Source: Vicugna vicugna
Taxonomy: Eukaryota
NCBI GenBank assembly: GCA_013265495.1
Contig: MU057654.1
Span: 297,203 to 327,309 of the forward strand
Direction: 5' to 3'
Length of the DNA stretch: 30,107 nucleotides
Shown piece by piece: positions 1 through 11,488 of the stretch. The first letter of the stretch is position 1; the number at the start of each line of letters is the position of its first letter. The notes under the pieces were generated by a model. That model worked only from the letters and a program-made list of their open reading frames with translations, did not search any database and was not told where the DNA came from. The position numbers were made by a program, and so were the translations under genes.

Positions 1-940
1 TACCCCTCCTAGAGGAGAACATAAGCAGAAAACTCGTGGACATACATTACAGCAATATATTTTTTGAACCAGCTCCTGGAGTATTGGAATTAAAAGCAAA
101 AATAAACAAATGGGATCTAACTAAACTTAAAAGCTTTTGCACAGCTGAGGATACCATCAACAACAAAAAAGACAACTTACAGAATGAGAGAAAATATTTG
201 CAAATGATGTGACTGACAAGGGACTAATTTCCAATATATACAAATAGCCCATATATCTTAATATCAAAGAAACAGGCAACCCAATCCAAAAATGGGCAGA
301 AGACCTAAACAAGCAATTCTCCAATGAAGACATACAAATGGCCAATAGGAACATGAAAAAATGCTCAGCATCGCTAATTGTCAGAGAAATTTAGAACAAA
401 ACTACAATGAGATATCACTTCACACCAGCCAGAATGGCCATCATTGAAAAGTCTACAAATGATAGATGCTGGAGAGGGTGTGGAGAAAAGGGAACCCTCC
501 TGCACTATTGGTAGGAACGCAGATTGCTGCATCCACTATGGAGGACAGTATGGAGGTTCCTTAAAAATCTGAAAATAGACTTAGCACGTGATCCACCAAT
601 CCCACTCCTGGACATATATGCAGAGAAAAATAAAATTCAAAAAGACACATGCACCACAATATTCATAGCAGCACTATTTAAGACAGCCAAGACATGGAAA
701 CAACCCAAATGTCCATCAACAGATGACTGGATAAAGAAGATGTGGTACATACATACATTGGAACACTACTCAGCCATAAAAAAAGAATAAAATAATGCCA
801 TTTGCAGCAATATAGATGGACCTGAAAACTGTCATTCAAAGTGAAGTGGGCCAGAAGGAAAAAGAAAAATGCCATATGACATCATTTATATGAAGAATCT
901 AAAAAATAATAACAATAATAATAAAGACACAAATGAACTA
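1..940 (+). mobile_element. LINE-1 fragment: ORF2 C-terminal region plus start of 3' UTR (decayed)
   Basis: ORF 524-790 reads ...PIPLLDIY...[46 protein letters not shown], the L1 ORF2 C-terminus. Homology starts at the window edge and stops early in the 3' UTR (aaagacacaaatgaact). Confidence 0.95.
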
Positions 941-1859
941 ATTATTATTTTGATTTCTTGAATATGTGTAAGCAAATTTGACTGTCCTTTATGACTAGAT
1001 TACCACATTCTGTTTCTTATTTTGGAGTTGGCTTTATTCCTTTGATAACTATGTAAGTTTAAAAAGCTAAAGATCTAATCTGTTCTTAGAAACAATAATT
1101 AGTACATATATGAAAACTAAAAAAAGTGCAGTATACACTTTATATGTATTTACATGCAATATAATGTGTATATGCAGTTGAACTGTAATAATTCCACATA
1201 ATAAAACTGGAAGAAAAAAAATATTGCCAATAGATTATTATTCTTAAACTCTCAGGTTGTAAACTTATTTCCAAATTATTTGGGGGTTTGGGAAAACACT
1301 TTATTGTAGCTCTCATGTGTTTATATTATTCTCCTTATTTTTGGTCTTCTTTTAAAAATTAATAATTGATGGTAAGTATATGATCAGTTCCGTCAAACTG
1401 ATTGAGGAAATGGTCATATTTTTCCAGTCACTGGAGGCAGAGTTTGGGAAAGTATTATTCTAATAACCCAGTAGATTTTCTTATTACAGATCTCTGTCCA
1501 ATCCCAAGTCTCTCAAAGCATGCTTGTTGTCATCCTTCATACTAGCTTCCCTTTCAGAAGCCCTTTCTCTCAGAGGAAAGCAGGACATTTTGACAAGGCT
1601 GATTTGATGCGACCATTATGCCAGAGCTGCTCAAAAATGTCAGTGTTGAATCTCAAAAGACTGTTTTTGATTACCAAGCTATATACGTAACGACCATCCC
1701 TGACCCTCACCCTATCCTTGACCCTTTCTTCCAGAGAACAGACCAGCTTTTCTCTTAATATTTTACACTTTCAACGTCTGTGGTCAGTAAGTCTCTGTGG
1801 GATCTGGGGCTATTTTTAAAACACTCTTTATCCAGTCAGCTTCTCAGTAGAAAGTCTTA

Positions 1860-2660
1860 CATTACATTTCCCCCATCATTCACATCTTGATGAGACCACT
1901 GGCATTTCTCCTGCATCCGATTTACATAGTTTATATGTACATTTTCCCTTTTTTGACGCATTATTATCGAAAGTTCAGATTTTCTTACATTCTACCTAAT
2001 GTTGCTTCTCTTTTCCAGGATTCCATCTATGATATCACATTACACTTACATGACATGATTTCTTAGGCTACTCTACACTACGACAATTTCTCAGACTTTC
2101 CCTGATTTTGATGACTTTAAGAGTTTTGGGGAGTACTGGAGAGACATTTTGTAGAATATTTCTGAATTGGGTTTCTTTTTTTCTTATAGTTAAACTGGAG
2201 TCTGGGTTCTTGGGGAAGGGTCATAGAGGTAAGCTGCCATTCTCATCTCATAGCAAGAGTTCATGCTACCAACATGACATGACTGTGTATATAAACCGTG
2301 ATCACCTGGCTGAGGTAGTGTTTCTCAGATTTCTATACTTACTCTTTTTCCTCCTTTCCATAATGGAAGGAACACACACTTAAGGAGTGCAGAGTCATGC
2401 CCACTTCCCTTACCTTGAAAAGGGGGTAGCTATATAAATTATTTGGAATTCTTCTGCAGAGGGATCTTCTCCGTTTATTTATTTATTTATTTATTGACTC
2501 ATTTATTTGTATACATAAAGGTTCATAATATTTATTTTATACTCTATTATAATCCAACATTACGTTATTTATTTTACTCCTCAAATTGTTCCAGCCTTTG
2601 CCATTGGGAGTTCTTTCAGTTGGCTTATGTGCCCTTTGGCATCATTATTGTGTATGGCAT
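1860..2660 (-). mobile_element. Ancient L1MC-type (L1MC4/5-like) 3' UTR fragment
   Basis: Motifs recalled from L1MC consensus: ttccaggattccatc...tttctcagactttccctg...gatcacctggctgaggtagtgttt...aaattgttccagcctttgccattgggagttctttcagttggc. Confidence 0.8.
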
Positions 2661-2789
2661 TTCATTTTATTCTGTTTAGGTTAATAATTTTATATAGACT
2701 TCCAGTTGTTCCAGCACATTGATTTAAAAGACAATCCTTTCACCATCTTTTTAATTAAGTGTATTTTTAAAAGCCCACACAAATAGTTT

Positions 2790-4160
2790 GCTTACTTTTC
2801 CTACTCCCCTACCCACTCCACCCCTTGCCTCTGGAAATCACCAATCTGTTCTCTGTATCTGCAAGCTTGTAGGTATATAAATATTTGTCCACTTTTAAGA
2901 GAGATCATATGGTATTTGTTTTTCTCTGTCTGACATTTCACTTAGCATAATGCCATAGAGGTCCATTCATGTTGTCACAAATGGCAAGTTTTCATTTTTT
3001 CATGGCTGAATAATATTTGATTGTGTATATATATATATATATACACACATCATAATTTCTTTATCCATTCATCCACTGATGGACACTTATGTTGTTTCCA
3101 TGTCTCAGCTATTGTAAATAATGCTGCAATGAGTATAGGGATGCATATATATCTTTTTGAATTAGTGTTTTCATTTTCTTCAGATATATACTCAGAAGTA
3201 GAATTGCCGAATCATATGTAGTTCTATTTTTAAATTTTGAGGAACTGCCATACTGTTTTCCATAGTGGCTGAACCAGTTTACATCCCCACCAACAGGGCA
3301 CAAGGACTCCCTTTTCTCCACATCCTTACCAGAAGTTTATAACTCTTGTCTTTTTTGTGATAGCCACTCCAATAAGTATGAGGTGGTAACTCATTGTGGG
3401 TTTGGTTTGCATTTTCCTGATTATTAATGACGTAGAGTACCTTTTTGTACGTCTGTTGGCCATCTATGTCTTCTTTGAAAAAGTGTTTATTCAAATAATC
3501 TGCCGATTGTTTAATTGGATTGTTTGGGCTTTTTCTTGCTATTGAGTTGTGTGAATTCTTTGTATATTTTGGTTATTAGCCCCTTATCAGATATATGATT
3601 TCCAAATATTTTCTCCCATTTCGTAGGTTGCCTTTTCATTTTGTTGATGGTTTCCTTTGTGGTGAAGAAACTTTTTAGTTTGGTGTAGTTCCACTTGCTT
3701 ATTTTTGCTTTTGTTGCTTTTGCTTTTGGTGTCAGATTCCAAAAGTCATCACCAAGATCTATGTCAAGGAGCTTACCACCTATGTTTTCTTCTAGGAACT
3801 TCATGGTTTCAGGTCTTACATTCGTCTTTAACCTACTTTGAGTTGATTTTTAAAGTTGGTGTAAGATAGAGGTCCAGTTCCATTCTTTTGCATGTGGCTG
3901 TCCAATTTTCCCAACACCATTTATTGAAAAGACTGCCCTTACCCCATTGTATACTTTTGACTCCTTTGTCATAAATTAATTGACATATATGTGTGGGTTT
4001 ATATTCTGGGCTTTCTGTTCTGTTCCATTGATCTATGTGTCTGTTTTTATGCCAAAACCATACTGGTTAATTACTATAGCTTTCTAACATAGTTTGAAAT
4101 CAGGGAACATGATGCCTCTAGCTTTGTTCTTCTTTCTCCAGAATGTTTTAACTATTTGGG
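2790..4160 (-). mobile_element. LINE-1 fragment (L1MA9/artiodactyl-type), ORF2 3' part plus partial 3' UTR
   Basis: Minus-strand ORFs 3511-3804 ([45 protein letters not shown]...[10 protein letters not shown]) and 3109-3321 match L1 ORF2 with frameshifts. Confidence 0.95.
3022..3047. repeat. (TA)n microsatellite with TG/CA flanks, self-complementary
   Basis: tgtgtatatatatatatatatacaca, inside the L1. Confidence 0.9.
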
Positions 4161-4419
4161 AATTTACACTTTCTTATCTATTTTTTCTTTTGTTTTCTGA
4201 AGTAATATCAGTTTTTGAAAATGGCTTTGGATGCGCTTTACACTGTCACCAAGGTATGGCTTCATCCACTTACAATATCACATATAACTTCTCTGAAATT
4301 ATACCCTCATCTATATTACATACAGCCAAAAAAGAATTTAGAGCAAGTTAAATTTAATGGATATTATGTAACCTAGGCTCCCACTAATAAACCCTAATAA
4401 TTTCTGATGAAAGTATATT

Positions 4420-5330
4420 CTCATTCTTCAATTTTTTATTGCACAAATAGTAAGTTTTCATTATAGGAAATTTAGGAACCCATAAAAGCAAAAGAGGGGA
4501 GTCACTCTTTTCCACTTTGGGTATTAATTATAAACATTATTAATATTTATGTATATGTTTCATTAATTTGAGGGTGTATGTATGCATTAACTTTTTTTAC
4601 AAAATAATTACAACTTTGTTGCAAGATAGTTTTCTCACTCAATATATCTTGGACATATTATTGCCAATTCAAAAAAAAAGCTTCTTTATTTTATTTTAGA
4701 TCTGTGGAATATTTCATTATTTGAAAATACTAAACTCAAATATAATTATCCTTTCTCCCATTAATAGATTTAGTTATTTCTGGTTTTTCATTGTTTTTTT
4801 CCTGGTGTTTCACTCTTCTAATTTTTCAATGTTGTAAACATTTCTGCAATTAATTTTTGCACATACATGTTTGTATTTTTAAAAGGAGATTTTTGAAGGA
4901 CTAATTCATAAAAATGGAACTTCTGAATCAAATGGCATGAATACATTTTACTATAGTAGATAGCACCAAATTAAATTCCAAAAATTTCAGCAATGTACAT
5001 GCCTTCCACACAGTATGAAAATGCCTCTTTTTCCACATCTTACATAGTTTTGGTTGTTATTTACATTTTTCATCTTTGTTAGCCTGAAAGGCACAAAAAG
5101 CAATTTTATTTGCATTACAGTTTTTGAATTATTAATGTTATTGAGCATCTCTTTAAATTGATTTTTTTTCTCTAAATCTCTTTTTCCTTTCCTTTGACCA
5201 TCTTTTTTGTAGATGGAGGAGACACTTACATATTAAGTAGATTAACCCTCTGCCTGTAATATATAATTCAAATGGTTTATTACTGTTTTTCATATACCTT
5301 TCAATGGTGGTTTAGGTAATACAAGAAAAG
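4420..5330 (-). mobile_element. Highly decayed L1ME-type fragments
   Basis: Degenerate antisense L1 motifs: ggaacttctgaatcaaatggcatg, ttccacatctt, tttatttgcatt, ttgagcatctcttt, attaaccctctgcctgtaatatat. Confidence 0.65.
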
Positions 5331-5529
5331 TTTATTTATTGTTTACAAAACACATCTCATTGTAAAATATTTAACAGTATATTGACATACATTCAAAAAC
5401 AGTGTTATTAATCTATAGATTTTGTAGTATATTGACAATTCCTATATAAAAGTGAGGCTGAATCCAAAACTGGTAGTGACCGGAATGAGGACTGCACTAA
5501 ACTTCTGACAATCTGTGGGTGAAAATCAG

Positions 5530-5692
5530 CCTGCCGGGTTTCAGAATCATATTTGATATTAATTTCCTGCTCAGTCACATTCTAACTAGGTGCCAAATCA
5601 AGGTACTTAAATTTTTTAAGCCTTAATATCCTCATCTACATAATGGAGATTATAATGCCTACCTCAAAAATTGCTGTAAGAAGAAATAAAAT
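5530..5692 (+). mobile_element. MIR SINE
   Basis: MIR core-like tacttaa...aagccttaatatcctcatctacataatggagattataatgcctacctca...ttgctgtaag. Confidence 0.8.
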
Positions 5693-5824
5693 TTAGGTGT
5701 TTCATATATATTAGTTTCCTTTCCACCATGCCATCTTCTCTCCTTCCTAAGGCCATTCACAGGTCTGATGACCATGCTGATTGGAGACCATCCAATATGG
5801 CAAATCCACCGTTGATATCAAGAG

Positions 5825-7320
5825 ATTCATTCATTCAACAAATATTTACTTAAACTCAAAATGGATCAAAGACTTAAACATAAAACAAGATACAATAAAC
5901 CTTCTAGAAGAAAACATAGGCAAAACATTATCTCACATACATCTCAGCAATGTTCTCCTAGAACAGTCTACCCAAGCAATAGAAATAAAAGCATGAATAA
6001 ACAAATGGGACCTAATGAAACTTACAAGCTTCTGCACAGCAAAGGAAACCATAAGCAAAACAAAAAGACAACCTACGGAATGGGAGAACATTTTTGCAAA
6101 AGATGAAACCAACAAAGGCTTGATCTCCAGCATATATAAGCAGCTCATACGACTCAATAAGAAAAAAATTAACAACCCAATCCAAAAATGGGCAAAAGAC
6201 CTAACAAGCAATTCTCCAAGAAATACATACAAGTGATCAATAGACACATGAAAAAATGCTCAATATCACTAATTATCAGAGAAATGCAAATCAAAACTAC
6301 AATGAGGTATCACCTCACACCAGTCAGAATGGCCATCATTCAAAAGTCCACAAATGACAAATGATGGAGAAGCTGTGGAGAAAAGGGAACCCTCCTACAC
6401 TGCTGGTGGGAGTGCAGTTTGGTGCAGCCACTGTGGAAAACAGTATGGAGATTCCTCAAAAGACTAGGAATAGACATACCATGTGACCCAGGAATCCCAC
6501 TCCTGGGCATATATCCAGAAGAAATCCTACTTCAGGATGACACATGCACCCCAATGTTCATAGCAGCACTATTTATAATAGCCAAGACATGGAAACAGCC
6601 TAAATGTCCATCAACAGATGACTGGATAAAGAAGAGGTGGTATATTTATACAATGGAGTACTATTCAGCCATAAAACTGACAACATTACGCCATTTGCAG
6701 CAACATGGATGTCACTGGAGAATGTCATTCTAAGTGAAGTAAGCCAGAAAGAGAAAGAAAAATACCATATGAGATCACTCATATGTGAAATCTAAAAGAA
6801 TAATGAACATAAATACAAAACAGAAACAGATTCATAAACATAGAATACAAACTTGTGGTTGCCAAGGGGTTGAGGGGTGGGAAGGGACAGACTGGGAGTT
6901 CAAAATTTGTAGATACTGACAGGCATATGCAGAATAGATAAACAAGATTATGCTGTATAGCACAGGGAAATATATACAAGATCTTGTGGTAGCTCACAGT
7001 GAAAATGAATGTGACAATGAATATATGTATGATCATGTATAACTGAAAAATTGTGCTCTACGCTGGAAATTGACACAACATTGTAAAATGACTATAACTC
7101 AGTTTTAAAAATGTTAAAAACAAAATAAAATAAAATAAGATAAAATAAAACCAAATATTTACTGAGCACCTACTATGTGCCAAGCACCATTTTAGATGCA
7201 CAGGGCACAGCAGTGAACAAAATTGAAAAGCATCTGCCTTCTTAGAGCCTGTATTCTAACTGGGAAAAACATACCATTTTTAAAAAATGCCTATTTAATA
7301 ATATGTTAGAGAGTGAAGCA
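5825..7320 (-). mobile_element. L2 3' end split by the young L1 (pieces 5825-5850 and 7152-7320)
   Basis: ttcattcattcaacaaatatttact continues as caaatatttactgagcacctactatgtgccaagcacc, the antisense L2 3' terminus. Confidence 0.85.
5851..7151 (+). mobile_element. Young 5'-truncated LINE-1 (about 1.3 kb) with complete 3' UTR, A-rich tail and target-site duplication
   Basis: ORF2 C-terminal ORFs 6015-6236 and 6419-6733, then a (TAAAA)n-like tail at about 7120-7150. Exact direct repeat caaatatttact at 5839-5850 and 7152-7163. Confidence 0.97.
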
Positions 7321-7497
7321 CATTAATGTAGTATTTAAGAGAGCAAATTTTGGTTAGTGTATTCAAAATTTTCAGACAATTAAGCATAGCCAAAAAAAAC
7401 ATGACACAATTAGCAAACATAGTTGTGTTGTGTCTGGACAGCTGAACCTACTAAAGAATGTCTAAAAAATTCTGTTATTTTTACTCTTATTCTACAA

Positions 7498-7900
7498 GTA
7501 TTCATACATTCATGTATTCAAAAACATCTATTTTGTGCATACCATGTAGTAAGCACTGTTTTAGACACAGAAAATATACAGAAGGAATCAAGATACATAT
7601 AGTCCTCACCCTCTGTATGTTATTGTCTAGCTTCCGGGATAGGGACATAAAGTAAAACAAAATTTTTTAAATAAATGAAAAGCAGTAAGTACTCTGAGGA
7701 ATATAAAACACGATAAGGAGTAGAAAGTAATTTTGGGCTCCTTTTTATTAAATAACCAGGAAAGTAGTCTCTGAGAGTGTGATATTAAAACTAAGCTCTG
7801 AATGACAAGGCATCAGCCAAATTAAGATCTAGAAGAAAAGAGAAAACAAAAAGAACGAATATTCAAAGGTCACAAGACAGAAAAGGAGAGGCCTGTGTGC
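7498..7900 (-). mobile_element. L2 3' fragment
   Basis: attcatacattcatgtattcaaaaacatctatt...taagcactgttttagacac...gtcctcaccctc...ccaggaaagtagtctctgagagtgtgatatt...gaatgacaaggcatcagcca. Confidence 0.75.
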
Positions 7901-8094
7901 ATAGAAAATAATAGAAGGAAATATACCAAAATAATAGTTATTAGTGGGCAATGAGAGGATTTGTTATGTATATTTTTTATCTAAACTGGAGCATTGTTTC
8001 TATAATTTCACAGATGAGAGTAAATTACTTTCATAATCATAAACATCCATAAAAATATTAATAGTAATAAAACATGGAAAATGTAACCTGGAAG

Positions 8095-8232
8095 AAAATA
8101 CAGAGACTTTGAAGGAAGACCCAGACTGGAAACTCAATAGTGTCAATTACATATTACTGACCCAGGGCAAGATACCTAAACTCTCTCTGAAGTCTCAGTT
8201 TTTCAATCTAGAGAACAGAGATAATACTTTCA
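8095..8232 (+). mobile_element. MIR SINE fragment
   Basis: tgacccagggcaagatacctaaactctctctgaagtctcagtttttcaatct...gataata. Confidence 0.75.
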
Positions 8233-8249
8233 TATATAGCACATGCAGG

Positions 8250-8460
8250 GACACTAGCATAGTGTTTTGACCAGAATGCTGTTACTTTCTAGTCATCTGA
8301 CCATCCATAAGTTTTCTTATCCCCTCCTAGATTTAGATTCTTCATCTATAAAATTGGATATAATAATGCTGACCTTCAGGACTGTCATGGTATTAAATAA
8401 GTTAATGTATACAAAATGACAGCATAATACCATTGTAGACATATACTAAGTGATAGATAA
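8250..8460 (+). mobile_element. MIR SINE fragment
   Basis: ttcttcatctataaaattggatataataatgctgaccttcaggactgtcatggtattaaataagttaatgtat. Confidence 0.7.
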
Positions 8461-8599
8461 AATTGATTGTCAACTAATAGGAGATTGGTAATGATGTTTA
8501 TTTTCTTTAAATCTTGATGTAGTGCCTAAACTTTTAAAATAACCTCATATTTGTACTAAAACAAAAATTATCCTCATATTTTTAACATGGTTTCATTTT

Positions 8600-8822
8600 A
8601 GCTCTGCACATTTGTCTCACAAAAACACTTACACAAGTGACAAGAATGTTTACTGCAGCATTCTCTGTAGTTGCAAACATTTATAAACAAATATCCATCA
8701 ATATAGTAGAGTTCCATAAATTAAGTAAATACTTGCCATGGAAAATGATGAAATCAGTTAAAAGGAATGATGTAGAACTATGATATGGACTAACAGGTAA
8801 ATCAGCCCAAGATATATTAAGC
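8600..8822 (+). mobile_element. L1ME-type fragment (ORF2 end / 3' UTR)
   Basis: caagaatgtttactgcagcatt...atatccatcaata...catggaaaatg...cagttaaaaggaatga. Confidence 0.7.
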
Positions 8823-9060
8823 TTAGGAGTTTGGGATTAACAGATAAAGACTACTATATATAAAACAGATAAACAGCAAGGATCTACTGTATAGCACAGG
8901 GAACTATATTCATTATCTTGTAATAACCTATAATGGCGAAGAATCTGAAAAAGAATATATGCATTTATGTATAACTGAATCACTTTGCTGTACACCAGAA
9001 ACTGATACACCATTGTGAATCAACTATACTTCCAAAAAGAGTTTAAAAAATTAAAAATAT
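8823..9060 (+). mobile_element. Short L1 3' end, cetartiodactyl-type 3' UTR
   Basis: ttaggagtttgggattaacagat...ctactgtatagcacagggaactatattca...tataactgaatcactttgctgtacaccagaaact...aatcaactatacttc, followed by an A-rich tail. Confidence 0.9.
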
Positions 9061-9539
9061 GCAAAAGATACTGACTTCCATTTTTTGAAAATTGATGCCA
9101 CTAATAAGCAAAGTGTCAGAATGAATGGAGAAAAAACTCTGAATGTTGTAATATCAACATTTTTGAAAAAAAGGGTTTTTCCAAAATAATTAATAAAACA
9201 ATTTATAAATTCTTTTTACATTTAGGAAATACTAGTAGACACGTAGTCATATGCAAATCTTTATTCTGATAATACAATGGACATAAAGATGAGTCTAGAA
9301 TTCAGAATGCAAATTTAAAGTTTCTTTTCCTGATTTTAGAGACAAGCAAGCAGTCATCTCTCCTCCTAAAATGTCCAAAGTGAATGGGGAAAGTGTACAT
9401 AGATGGGATTTTTCTTTTAACTGAAAAAGCTCAGAGAACAAATGTTCACTTTTCTCTATCCTTGGATCTAACTGAATTCAGTTCTTTCTTCTTTCCTCCC
9501 TCCCTTCTTCCCTCTTCTACCCTTTTTTCCATTCTTCCT

Positions 9540-9662
9540 TTCTTTTTATTGAGATATAATTCATACACTATAAAGTGCACCCTGTTAAATTACACAATCA
9601 AGTGGTTTTTAATATAGTTACAAAGTTTTACCACCATTAACACTAATATCAGAGTATTTTCA
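9540..9662 (-). mobile_element. L1MB/MC-type extreme 3' end
   Basis: ttttttattgagatataattcatacactataaagtgcaccctgttaaattacacaatcaagtggtttttaatatagttacaaagtt. Confidence 0.75.
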
Positions 9663-9663
9663 T

Positions 9664-9807
9664 AGGTGGGAAGGGATAGATTAGGAGATTGGGATTTGCA
9701 GATACAAACTACTATATATGAAATAGATAAAAAAAAACAAGGTCCTAATGTATAGCACAAGGAACTATATCCAGTAGCTTCTAATAATTTATAATGAACA
9801 AGAATCT
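9664..9807 (+). mobile_element. Internal piece of the cetartiodactyl-type L1 3' UTR, no tail
   Basis: gggatagattaggagattgggatttgcagatacaaactactatatatgaaatagataaa...caaggtcctaatgtatagcacaaggaactatatccagtagc...aagaatctg, homologous to 8823-8950. Confidence 0.85.
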
Positions 9808-9859
9808 GTCTACTTTTGCTTAATATGCATAATTGCATAATATGCAAAAGTGAAGGCCA

Positions 9860-11222
9860 AATGTTAAGAATAGTGTGAAATATCCAAAACTGTCATTCTC
9901 ATACACCCTTCGTGGGACTATAAATTGCTTCAGACTTTTGAAAGCGAATTTCAAATGTGCATGTTCTTTGATTCAGTAATTCACTCATAAGAGTTTATAA
10001 CACAAAAATAATGGGTGAACTTCAATAAAGTTGCAACCACAAATCTGTTCTTTTTTTAAAAAGATATATGTAGAAAATGTGCACTGCAGCATGATTTGTA
10101 ATAGTGAACACTTTTAAAAGAACCTAAAGGGCATTTATAGCTTATTGGTTAAATTAAAAATTACACATTCTTACAATGGAATCTTCTAACTGAGTTAAGC
10201 AAAATTAGGTGGAGCTACATAGAATGCCATGGAAAGATGTCAACTATATATAGTTAAATTAAAAAAGCAAGTTGTTACACAATCTACCCAATATGATCCC
10301 ATTTTGTTGCAAAAGAAAAAGTATGTGTGTGTGTGTGTGTCTGTGTGTCTGTGTATATATATACGTGTGTGAGAAAAAGATTGGTATTTTGCAAAGAAAA
10401 AACTGAAAGAATCAATATCAAGAGCTATCTTTACTGGGGAAGGGAGATATACATGGAAATTTCACTTCTTAATTTATAGAATTTGTATCATTTGAATTTT
10501 TGCTGCAAGCACATAAAATTTGTAATCAGAAAAAAAATCCTAAAATTGGAAGCAACCTTATTGAATAGAGTGATTCATAAAATGATGTAGAAATATATTT
10601 ATTGACCTGAAATATGTTCACAATTTATTCCTAAGTGAAAAGAGCAGCCTGCAAACATTGTAAGCATGTGATAGAATTAGATAAATATATGTAATAACTA
10701 TGTTTTTAGTGTGGTCTCACTTTTGCAATGGAATATATGTGTGTTTCCTCAAAGAAAATTCTCTGAAGGGGTGTTCTCAAAGCTTTATGACATAGAATAT
10801 TTCCACAGATTTGACAGGTAAAGGAGATGCAAGACAATTTCATTATCTATGTTATACTCTTATATTTTATTTGATTTTTATAAGGATTTTTTTTACCTTT
10901 GAAATTGGAAAAATAGAGATTCACATTGGAAATATGAAAGACATTTAAAGTGATTTATAAAATAAAGTGCAAATCTATTTATTGGCATTGAAAGACACTC
11001 AATACATGGTTGAATTTAAAATGGTGGTTACAAGTTGTATGTACTTATATATTCGTGTGTGGAAAAATTCTAAGTTCTACAAATGAACGTACAAAAACAT
11101 AAGTGAACATCTGAATTATAGGGATCTGAGTAATTTATATTTTCTTCTTTACACTTTTCTGAATTCTACAGATTTTTCTCAATGAGCATATATAACTTCT
11201 ACAATCAGAAAAAAAAAGCTGC
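9860..11222 (+). mobile_element. Cluster of decayed L1ME3/4-type 3' ends, about three head-to-tail units
   Basis: Recurrent motifs catggaaagatgt...aaaaaagcaagtt, gacctgaaatatgttcac...aagtgaaaagagcag and cattgaaagacactc. Terminal ...taatcagaaaaaaaa-like ends near 10540, 10915 and 11220. Confidence 0.7.
10322..10370. repeat. Compound (TG)n/(TA)n microsatellite
   Basis: Read directly from the sequence. Confidence 0.9.
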
Positions 11223-11250
11223 AAATGACGAGATCCTATTTTTAAATCCA

Positions 11251-11276
11251 TGTATGTGTGTGAGTGTGTGTGCGTG

Positions 11277-11310
<34 letters not shown>
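11251..11310. repeat. Imperfect (TG)n followed by (CA)15, forming an inverted microsatellite
   Basis: tgtatgtgtgtgagtgtgtgtgcgtgta|tacacacaca... Confidence 0.95.
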
Positions 11311-11311
<1 letters not shown>

Positions 11312-11442
11312 CTTCTCTTTAGCTTAGAGTGGAATATTCCATAGGGCTGAGATGGCTCCCTGCCTGCTGTGAAAAGGCCTTGACAATTGTTCCCACCCTG
11401 ATTTGTGTATATTGTAGGAGGAGTAGGTCCACGAGGCAGACA

Positions 11443-11488
11443 GAGGAGGAGGGAGAGGAGGAGAAGGAGAGGAGGGGAGGAGGAGAAG
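11443..11488 (+). repeat. Pure purine (GGA/GAG)n low-complexity tract
   Basis: gaggaggagggagaggaggagaaggagaggaggggaggaggagaag. Confidence 0.9.

Noticed and set aside
157..875. ORFs 157-354 and 678-875 (-), and similar hydrophobic ORFs at 5933-6247, 6779-7036, 17006-17329, 17399-17821, 19850-20047 and 27148-27411
   Set aside because: These are antisense shadows of L1 ORF2 or 3' UTR. T-rich antisense L1 routinely gives Phe/Leu/Ile-rich pseudo-membrane ORFs.
2108..2679. ORFs of 91 and 78 aa
   Set aside because: They lie inside the L1MC 3' UTR relic.
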